Source: Candidatus Aenigmatarchaeota archaeon
GTDB lineage: Archaea > Aenigmatarchaeota > Aenigmatarchaeia > CG10238-14 > SpSt-28
Assembly (NCBI GenBank): GCA_032249395.1
Contig: JAVVFY010000010.1
Span: forward strand, 1 to 28,335
Reading direction: 5' to 3'
DNA length: 28,335 nt
Every line of letters starts with the position of its first letter. Positions within the stretch are counted from its first letter, which is position 1. The notes beneath the pieces are model-generated. The model saw only the letters and a program-made list of their open reading frames with translations, had not been told where the DNA came from and ran no database searches. The position numbers and the translations under genes were made by a program. Shown one piece after another: positions 18,400-25,949 of the stretch.

Positions 18400-18728
18400 C
18401 TATCCTATCAATTCTAAAATTCTATTAACATCTAACACTTCTATACCTTTTGGGATTCTTTCTAAACTGGAAGTTTCAGGGACTACTAAAAACTTTTCTG
18501 CTTCTATCGAAGAGAATACATTCCTTTTAAGTATTCGTAGTTTATTGTTTTCATGTCTTTTAAATCTAATATTTCTTCGTCTCTTTTAACAAAAAAATAT
18601 TCATCGTAGCTTGTAAAATTCTTAAGGAAGAAAGTCTTTCCAGTCTTTCTTCTTCCATAAACTAAAACTCTTTTTCCCGTTTTCTTCCATCTTTCGATGT
18701 CTGTGTATCTTACAAGTATAATTTCAAT
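18400..18728 (-). pseudogene. Internally deleted archaeal P-loop ATPase remnant
   Basis: Frame 18728-18504 reads IEIILVRYTDIERWKKTGKRVLVYGRRKTGKTFFLKNFTSYDEYFFVKRD... (Walker A). It joins out of frame to a C-terminal-like piece NVFSSIEAEKFLVVPETSSLERIPKGIEVLDVNRILELIG* (TAG 18400-02). No Walker B is present. Confidence 0.75.
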
Positions 18729-18756
18729 AAGTATAATTCAAATTATACTTTTTAAA
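18729..18756 (-). promoter_or_regulatory. TATA box plus palindromic operator of the ATPase remnant
   Basis: AAGTATAATT-ca-AATTATACTT (18729-18750, perfect 10-bp arms) lies between minus-strand TTTAAAAA (18749-18756) and the ATT at 18728. An extra half-site starts at 18714. Confidence 0.68.
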
Positions 18757-18864
18757 TTTATATTCTCTAACCAAAAAACTCACTATTAAAGAGTTTAACT
18801 TCTTTCTAAACCAAACTGCAGGCTCCTAAGAAGGGAGATATAAACTTTTACGGTTAATAAACTT

Positions 18865-19512
18865 ATGGAAAAGTTTGACGTTTGTATTCCAACTTTAAAC
18901 TCAGGCAAAACTTTAGAAGCTTGTTTAAAGTCAATAAAGGAAGTGATTCCGGTTAACAAAATAATAATTGCAGATGGTTATAGCACAGACAATACCATAG
19001 AAATAGCCAAAAGATATGGATGTGAAATTTTTCAAACAAATAGAAGTTTAGGCGAAGTCAGAGAGATGCTTATAAAAAGAGTTAAAACTAAATGGTTTTT
19101 CTTTATCGATTCTGATATTGTTGTGAACAAAAAATGGTTTTATTCATTGATCTCAAATAAGAATGATAAAATAGGTGTTGTTCAAGGATTTGGTTTGCCA
19201 AAAGGACCAATAAGCTTTTTGAGAAAAATCATGCTTTTTATAAAAGTTAAATTTGGGTTAAAGCAAAGGGGTTTTACTTCAAACACTTTGATAAGGAAGA
19301 AGGCTGTATCTGGAATAAAATTACCAAAGAAGAAGAGACTAGAAGATATTTATCTACAAGAAGAAGTTGAAAAAAGAGGATATGAATGGAAGTTCGTCCT
19401 AGCTTTTTGCGAGCATCTAAAAACAGAAAAGCAGGTTGTTAAGGAGGCATTAAGAGATTTTTGGAAGCTAGCAGGAGAAAAAGGCTTGATGAGAGCTTTA
19501 TTCTATATCTAA
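18865..19512 (+). CDS. Glycosyltransferase family 2 (GT-A)
   Basis: VCIPTLNS, ADGYSTDNT, FIDSD (DxD) and LED motifs. Confidence 0.9.
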   Translation: MEKFDVCIPTLNSGKTLEACLKSIKEVIPVNKIIIADGYSTDNTIEIAKRYGCEIFQTNRSLGEVREMLIKRVKTKWFFFIDSDIVVNKKWFYSLISNKNDKIGVVQGFGLPKGPISFLRKIMLFIKVKFGLKQRGFTSNTLIRKKAVSGIKLPKKKRLEDIYLQEEVEKRGYEWKFVLAFCEHLKTEKQVVKEALRDFWKLAGEKGLMRALFYI

Positions 19513-19601
19513 TTCCCTAAGGCTCCTCGATGTTAATTTTAAATTCTGAGTAAACCTAATTATTGACTGAAATTTGATTTGTCAAAAAGGTGGATTCTTA
19601 T

Positions 19602-19751
19602 ATGAAAAGTGAAAGTGAGATAAAGAAAAAGCTAGAAGAATTGGAAAAACTGAAGTTTAATTGGTATCCTTATGATGAAGATTTCAAAATCAAAAATATA
19701 GATGAGTATAACACAGCAATAAAAGTTTTAAAATGGATTCTTGAAAAGTAG
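19602..19751 (+). CDS. Small 49-aa hypothetical helical protein, absent from the ORF track
   Basis: MKSESEIKKKLEELEKLKFNWYPYDEDFKIKNIDEYNTAIKVLKWILEK* has ATG and TAG, a protein-like composition, and fills the gap before rgy. Confidence 0.65.
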   Translation: MKSESEIKKKLEELEKLKFNWYPYDEDFKIKNIDEYNTAIKVLKWILEK

Positions 19752-19781
19752 GAATTTATATAGAATTTCAAAATTCTTTAA

Positions 19782-22700
19782 ATGGAGTTGAAGCTCGTAT
19801 ACAAAAATCTTTGTCCAAACTGCGGAAATACTATTACTTCTGAAAGATTGGCTAAGGGTTTGCCATGTGAAGCTTGCTTACCAAATGAGAACGAAAAAAT
19901 TAAATTTGGCCCTTTGTTTGAAATTGAAAAAAGGAATAAAAGAGTTGAAGAAATAGATAATCTTTTTGAAAAAGCAGTGAAAGCAAGAATGTGGGCATTA
20001 CAAAGATTTTGGGTTAGAAGGTTTTTAGAAGGAGAAAGCTTTGCTTTAATTGCTCCAACTGGCTCTGGTAAAACAACCGTCCAAATAATTCTAACTCTAT
20101 ACGCCGCAAAGTTTCTTAAAAAAAGATGCTTAATAATTTTACCTACAAGTCTATTGGTAAATGAAGTATCAGAAAAGATGAGAAAATTTGCCGAACTTTT
20201 GGGTATAGATGCGACTATTGTAAGTTATCATTCTATGCTAACAACAAAGGAAAAGAGAGAAGCACTTGAGAAAATGGACCAAGCTGATGTAATAATAACA
20301 ACTCACCTTAGCATAATGAAAAGAGAAGAAATTCAAAGACAAAGCATAGATTTAGTTTTTGTTGATGATGTTGATAGCTTTCTTAGAAGGAGCAAAGCCA
20401 TAAGGTATGTTTTGAAAATGGTCAAACTTCCCAAAAAGATTAAAAATTTGATTGAAGATGTCTTTGAAAAAAGGATTGAGTTAAATCAAGCAATTTCAGA
20501 AATTTCAAAATTGAGAGAAAGTGTGAAAATAGAATCCCAACTAATAGTTAGTGGGGCTACTCAAAAAGCTAGAAGAACAAAAAGTGTTGCAATATTAAAC
20601 TCAGTATTCGGATTTTCGATTGGAACAAAACCTGAATTTGGAAGAAATATTGTTGATTGTTTTACTATAAACAAAAACATTAAAGAAGAAGTTTTAAACA
20701 TTGTAAAAATGTTTGGTGGCGGCTGTCTAATCTTCGTGCCAATGGATAAGGGTAGCGAATTTGCTGAAGAATTGGAGAAATTTTTAATTGAAAATGGTAT
20801 AAAAGTAAAAGCATTTTTAAAACCTGATAAAAAATCGTTTGAAGACTTTAAGGCTGGTAACTTAGATGCTTTGATAGGAATGGTAACTTCAAGAAGCCCT
20901 CTTGTTAGGGGAATTGATTTGCCAGCTAGAATTAGATATGCAATTTTTGCGGGTGCGCCAAAATTTGTTGTCAGAATTAGAATAGAGGAATTCCACCCTA
21001 CAAAATGGTTAATGCTTCTGAACAACATACAGCAAGCCATTAAGGAAGAATACAAAAAAGAATACGAGCATCTTGTTGCAAATCTGATAAAAATCAAAAC
21101 TTTAAGAACCGAAGAGTTAGAAGAAGTGAGGAAAGCTTTAATCGAAAATAGAACGTTAGAAGGATTTCTAGAATTTGTGAGGAAAGTTGCAATAAGTGGA
21201 TTGGAATTCCTTAAAAAAATATTAAAAGATGAAGAAGTTCTAAAAGCAATAAAGGAATCGCCAACGATAAGCTTTAGCGATAAAGAAGGAGAATACACAT
21301 TTCTAATTCCAGATGCTGTTGCTTATATTCAAGCGAGTGGAAGAACAAGTAGATTGTATGTTGGGGGAGTAACAAAGGGTCTAAGTGTTGTTATAGTTGA
21401 TGAAGAAAAAGCCTTCAACTCTTTGAAAAAAGAACTAACCTATTTTGAAGACATTGAATGGAAAAGCATGGAGGAAATTGACATTAAAAAAGTTATAGAG
21501 GAAATTGATGAAGATAGAAGGAAAGTTTTGCTTGCTATGGAAGGAAAGTTGAAAGCTGAAGAAACAAAAATTGCTTTAAAGACTAGATTGTTCATAGTAG
21601 AATCTCCAACAAAAGTTAAAACTATAGCAAGATTCTTTGGAAAACCATCAAAAAAGAAATACCAAGATTTAGAGGTTAATGAAGTCTTTGGAGCAAATTC
21701 TCTGCTAATGATAGCCGCTAGTAAAGGACATGTTACTGATTTGAGTTTGAAAGAAGGTTTGTTTGGTGTTGAAGTAAAAGAAACTTTCATTCCATACTTT
21801 AAACCAATAAAAAGATGTGCTGTTTGTGGAAGAGAGGTTGAAGAAGAGGAAGAAGTTTGTGTTTGTGGTAGTAAAAAATTCGTTGATGCCAAACCAAGAA
21901 TAGAAGTTTTGAGAAAATTAGCAAGCTTGGTTGATGAAGTTGTTATTGGAACTGATCCTGATAGCGAGGGAGAAAAAATAGCTTTTGATTTGTGTTTGCT
22001 TCTAAAGCCACTAAACAAAAACATAAAAAGAGCTAGATTTCACGAAGTCACTAAAAAAGAAATACAAAAGGTTCTAGAAAACTTGGAAGATTTTGATTTG
22101 AATTTGGTTAAAGCGCAAATTGTTAGGAGAGTTGAAGATAGGTGGATTGGGTTTGGAATTTCTCCAGTTCTATGGAAGGTTTTTAGAAATAATAGATTGT
22201 CTGCAGGTAGAGTTCAAACCCCAGTTTTAGGATGGATTGTTGAACGAACTAAAAAACTAAAAGAGAGAGAAGAGTTAATAATTTTGAAACTAGAAAACGG
22301 ATTAGAACTAAGCTTTAGAGCTAAAATTGGTACTCACAAAAAGATTGTTGAAAATGGATTTGTTGAAATAAAAGATATTAAAATTTACGAAGACGAACTA
22401 AATCCGTATCCGCCATTTACAACAGATACTCTAATTTCTGCATTAACTTCTGTATTAAAGGTGGATGCCAACGAAGCAATGCAAATAGCCCAAAAACTCT
22501 TCGAGAATGGATTAATAACATATCATAGAACGAGCAGCACTACAGTTAGTAGCGTTGGGATAAGTATTGCGAAAGAATACATTTCATCAACTTTCGGAGA
22601 GGAATTCTATAAAGGAAGAAAGTGGGAATCAGAAGGCGCTCATGAATGTATAAGACCAACTAAGCCCATTGATTCTCAAAAACTTAAAAATTTAATTGGG

Positions 22701-23369
22701 TTAAAAATTTTAAGATTTCCTTCACCTTTAACACAAAAAGATATTATAGCTTATGATATAATATTCAAGAGATTTATAGCTAGTCAAATGAAAGGAACAA
22801 AAGTTGAAAAAATAAAATTTAAAGTTATCTTTAATGAAGAAGAAAGAGAGTTTGAATTTATAAATAAAGTAATAGAAGACGGATTTAACAAGATTTTTAA
22901 AATAGAAGAAAAATTAATTCCAAAACTACAAGAAAGTAAAGTTAGGGTTATAGAAAGTTACAAAAAAGTTGTACCTGCCTTTTATCCTTATGATTATTCA
23001 GAGATAGTTAGGATGATGAAAGAAAAAGGAATAGGAAGACCTTCTACTTATGCAAAAATTTTAGAAACATTGAAGAAAAGGGGATATGTTAAAGAAATAA
23101 AGAAATATTTACTTGTATCAAGTAGACTTGGTATTAAAGTCTTCAAATTTACTCAAGAAAACTTCAAAAAATACTTAAACGAGGAAACAACACGAAAACT
23201 CGAAGAAGAAATGGATAACATAGAAAATGGTAAAAAGAACTTTGAAGAGGTTTTGAGAAATATATATCTAGAAGTTATTGAAATCATAAATAATAGTATT
23301 AAAAGTGGTGTAGAATATCCTACACTTTCTTTAGAAAAAAACAAAATACAAACTAATAAACTATCTTAA
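19782..23369 (+). CDS. rgy: Reverse gyrase
   Basis: N-terminal Zn finger CPNC..CEAC; SF2 helicase motifs APTGSGKTT, DDVD and QASGRTSR; type IA topoisomerase motifs ESPTK, DPDSEGE, SAGRVQTP, ITYHRT, AHECIRPT and GIGRPSTY. Confidence 0.97.
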   Translation: MELKLVYKNLCPNCGNTITSERLAKGLPCEACLPNENEKIKFGPLFEIEKRNKRVEEIDNLFEKAVKARMWALQRFWVRRFLEGESFALIAPTGSGKTTVQIILTLYAAKFLKKRCLIILPTSLLVNEVSEKMRKFAELLGIDATIVSYHSMLTTKEKREALEKMDQADVIITTHLSIMKREEIQRQSIDLVFVDDVDSFLRRSKAIRYVLKMVKLPKKIKNLIEDVFEKRIELNQAISEISKLRESVKIESQLIVSGATQKARRTKSVAILNSVFGFSIGTKPEFGRNIVDCFTINKNIKEEVLNIVKMFGGGCLIFVPMDKGSEFAEELEKFLIENGIKVKAFLKPDKKSFEDFKAGNLDALIGMVTSRSPLVRGIDLPARIRYAIFAGAPKFVVRIRIEEFHPTKWLMLLNNIQQAIKEEYKKEYEHLVANLIKIKTLRTEELEEVRKALIENRTLEGFLEFVRKVAISGLEFLKKILKDEEVLKAIKESPTISFSDKEGEYTFLIPDAVAYIQASGRTSRLYVGGVTKGLSVVIVDEEKAFNSLKKELTYFEDIEWKSMEEIDIKKVIEEIDEDRRKVLLAMEGKLKAEETKIALKTRLFIVESPTKVKTIARFFGKPSKKKYQDLEVNEVFGANSLLMIAASKGHVTDLSLKEGLFGVEVKETFIPYFKPIKRCAVCGREVEEEEEVCVCGSKKFVDAKPRIEVLRKLASLVDEVVIGTDPDSEGEKIAFDLCLLLKPLNKNIKRARFHEVTKKEIQKVLENLEDFDLNLVKAQIVRRVEDRWIGFGISPVLWKVFRNNRLSAGRVQTPVLGWIVERTKKLKEREELIILKLENGLELSFRAKIGTHKKIVENGFVEIKDIKIYEDELNPYPPFTTDTLISALTSVLKVDANEAMQIAQKLFENGLITYHRTSSTTVSSVGISIAKEYISSTFGEEFYKGRKWESEGAHECIRPTKPIDSQKLKNLIGLKILRFPSPLTQKDIIAYDIIFKRFIASQMKGTKVEKIKFKVIFNEEEREFEFINKVIEDGFNKIFKIEEKLIPKLQESKVRVIESYKKVVPAFYPYDYSEIVRMMKEKGIGRPSTYAKILETLKKRGYVKEIKKYLLVSSRLGIKVFKFTQENFKKYLNEETTRKLEEEMDNIENGKKNFEEVLRNIYLEVIEIINNSIKSGVEYPTLSLEKNKIQTNKLS

Positions 23370-24366
23370 CGTTCATTTTTTTGTTTATCTCCTTTATTGA
23401 CTCTATAACACTTCTTAAATTCTTAAAAGTTCTATCTACAAAGTATGTTGTAAAAGGAGACTTCACTTTAGAAGGACAAACCAACCACACTTCTTTATTA
23501 GAAGCATGTGCATATGCTATTTCTTTTTCCACTCCAGGGCTATGAACTATTTCTGGGAAATAAACTATTACTTTATCAGATTGGTCGATAAATCTATAAT
23601 CCTTTCTTACAGTCCAATTTGTGGCTATCTTTTCCAATCTTTTGCTCTTAAAATGCATCTCCTCCTTCATTAATATTGGATCAAAAACTATGCAGTATTT
23701 TCTTAGTTCGTCTATCAGTTTGTTTACTCTCTTAAAATAAGATGGTGAATTTAAATAAGCTGTCATTGGGTAACTTAAATATACTTTTAAGGCGTTCTCA
23801 TTAAAAATAAGATTGAACAATGTTTTAACGGTATGTCCAACATGAACAATATAAAACTTCTTCTTCTGAAGCAAAGAAAATATTTCTGTTGTATAAATTT
23901 CTAACTCTTGCCAAATATAAATTTCCTCAAGAGTTATAATTCCTTTTCCCCACCTCGGGTCCGAATAAATTCTGTCTCTAATTTTAGGACACTCGTTTAT
24001 TATTGTTATATACATATCTGGATTAATTTTGTTTAAAAATGAAATATCAAAAGCTAATTCTGGTCCAGTTTTCCACCAGTATGATGCATGTGTAGATATC
24101 ATAATAACATCTTCATAAGAATTTGAACACTCTTTTAAACATCTCTCAAAAGCCAAAGAAATTAAAGTTTTTAGCGTAGACCTTGGTAAATTCAAGATCT
24201 TCTCTTCTCTTATTTTTAAGCCTATCTCTTCCGCTATTCTAAAAATAAGACTACCTATTGAAATTATCTTGCAAGTTTTCTTATTTTTACTACAAAATTT
24301 CTTAAATTCTTCCAAAAAATCTGGTTTTCCGCTACCTGCTATTCCTGTAACAAATACAATCTTCAT
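23353..24366 (-). CDS. Fusion of an archaeal adenylate-kinase-like P-loop domain and a nucleoside 2-deoxyribosyltransferase (NDT)-like domain
   Basis: N-terminal IVFVTGIAGSGKP and ISTHA (AdkA-like). C-terminal KVYLSYP, VFDP, DYRFIDQSD and SPGVEKEIAYA (NDT/Rcl-type pattern). Confidence 0.72.
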   Translation of the reverse strand: MKIVFVTGIAGSGKPDFLEEFKKFCSKNKKTCKIISIGSLIFRIAEEIGLKIREEKILNLPRSTLKTLISLAFERCLKECSNSYEDVIMISTHASYWWKTGPELAFDISFLNKINPDMYITIINECPKIRDRIYSDPRWGKGIITLEEIYIWQELEIYTTEIFSLLQKKKFYIVHVGHTVKTLFNLIFNENALKVYLSYPMTAYLNSPSYFKRVNKLIDELRKYCIVFDPILMKEEMHFKSKRLEKIATNWTVRKDYRFIDQSDKVIVYFPEIVHSPGVEKEIAYAHASNKEVWLVCPSKVKSPFTTYFVDRTFKNLRSVIESIKEINKKMNVKIVY

Positions 24367-24388
24367 AAATTCTTTTAATAAAAAACTA

Positions 24389-25318
24389 TTAAATTACTAT
24401 TTTACTTTCTTTAACAATTTTATCGTAATAAGGAGTTATTTTTCTTATCCCTTCTTCTAAATCAACTCTTGCTTTAAACCCAAGTTTTTCCTCAGCTTTT
24501 GCTGTATCCGCCAAAGTATGCCAGACGTAATTTTTTATTGGATTCTCAATATACTTTACTCTAACTTCAACATCTAAAATTCTGCTAACCATTGCAATGA
24601 CTTCATTCAAAGAATAGCTTTTTCCCCTACCAACATTAAAAATGTCAAAATCGATGTTTGAATTCATTGCCCTTATAAAAGCTTCTACAACATCTTGCAC
24701 ATAAATGAAATCTCTAGTTTGAGTTCCATCACCAAAAACTTTTATCGTTTCTCCTCTCAAAGCAGCGAGTATAAACTGAGTCACAAGATTCGCATATTCT
24801 CCTTTAAATTCTTCCTTTTCTCCATAAACGCTGAAAAGTCTCAAAGCAACAACTCTTGTTCCGTATAAATCATTATAAACTTTTGCTATTCTCTCCATAG
24901 TATACCTAACTTCAGTGTAAAAATCTGTAGGAATTATTTGCATGTCTTCTCTCCAAGGTAAAGGATTGCCATTGTAGATTGAAGATGTTGAGGCAAGAAC
25001 AATCTTAACTTTGTTTTTTGTTGCATACTCCAAAATTTTTATCCAATCTTCTATTGCTTTGCATATGAGATCTCTTTTCTTTTTGTACATTGGTGAAGAT
25101 GAAGGAATTCCTAAGTGAAAAATTCCGTCAATTGGGTCGATAATCTTATCTATTTCTCCGGCATCTCCCTTTATAAACTTTATGTTCAAGCCTTTCAAAT
25201 TATACAAACTTCCAGTATGTAAATTATCAATTACAATAACTTCATTTCCTTCTTTAATCAACCTCTCAACTAAATTGCTTCCTATAAAACCTGCCCCACC
25301 AGTAACAACGAACCTCAT
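24389..25318 (-). CDS. NAD-dependent nucleotide-sugar epimerase/dehydratase (extended SDR)
   Basis: TGGAGFIGS, ASTSSIY, YTEVR at the YxxxK position, LRLFSVYG and GDGTQTRDFIYV. Confidence 0.92.
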   Translation of the reverse strand: MRFVVTGGAGFIGSNLVERLIKEGNEVIVIDNLHTGSLYNLKGLNIKFIKGDAGEIDKIIDPIDGIFHLGIPSSSPMYKKKRDLICKAIEDWIKILEYATKNKVKIVLASTSSIYNGNPLPWREDMQIIPTDFYTEVRYTMERIAKVYNDLYGTRVVALRLFSVYGEKEEFKGEYANLVTQFILAALRGETIKVFGDGTQTRDFIYVQDVVEAFIRAMNSNIDFDIFNVGRGKSYSLNEVIAMVSRILDVEVRVKYIENPIKNYVWHTLADTAKAEEKLGFKARVDLEEGIRKITPYYDKIVKESKIVI

Positions 25319-25351
25319 TAAAAGATTTGACAGAAAAAGGATAAATTCTTA

Positions 25352-25810
25352 TTACAAGCCAATAAAAGTTGTTTCTTTTATACTTTCAAAGACTATTAAA
25401 GATACTGTCTCCTTTACTCCTTCAATTTCTCTTATTTTGTCCAGAACAACTTTCCCTAAACTCTCAACATCTTTTTCTCTGACTTTTGCTATCATGTCCC
25501 AATCACCAGCTATTATATGGACCTCTTGAATTTCAGGCAATTTTGAAATTTTCTCTGCAACTTCTCTCTGTGAAAAACCAAAAGAAGGGTCGTATTTTAT
25601 CAAAACAAAAGCTAAAACATTTCTACCAACAGCCTTAGGATTTAAAACTGCTCTATATTCTTTTATCACTCCTGCTTTTTCCAACCTCTTTATTCTAGCG
25701 AAAGTTGTTGTCTCCCTCATTTTTACAAGCTGAGAAATTTCTCTTAACGACAGTTTACAATTCTCTTGTAAAATTGAGAGTAATTGTTTATCTTTTTCGT
25801 CTATCTTCAT
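25352..25810 (-). CDS. Lrp/AsnC family transcriptional regulator
   Basis: Start moved to MKIDEKD (ATG 25810). HTH with RIKRLEKAGVI and a C-terminal RAM domain (EVHIIAGDWD). Confidence 0.93.
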   Translation of the reverse strand: MKIDEKDKQLLSILQENCKLSLREISQLVKMRETTTFARIKRLEKAGVIKEYRAVLNPKAVGRNVLAFVLIKYDPSFGFSQREVAEKISKLPEIQEVHIIAGDWDMIAKVREKDVESLGKVVLDKIREIEGVKETVSLIVFESIKETTFIGL

Positions 25811-25949
25811 AAAATTATGTTTCTTAATTGAGAAATTAAAAACTTTTTGAAAAATATTCAATTTTTATATTAAATTTAAGTAATTTATTGTATTTTTTTC
25901 AATAAATTTTATAAAAAATTTAAAAAATTGTCACATTAAATGTTAGTAA

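Noticed and set aside
19563..19585. TTGAC-N13-GTCAA resembling the ATPase operator
   Set aside because: Only 5-bp arms and a different spacer, so it is likely chance in AT-rich DNA.
20561..22024. Long minus-strand ORFs of 245 and 194 aa inside rgy
   Set aside because: Antisense shadows rich in S/F/L/I, as expected from the reverse complement of an E/K-rich gene.
19782..23369. Intein or split reverse gyrase
   Set aside because: A single continuous ORF of ordinary length with no intein or homing-endonuclease motifs seen.
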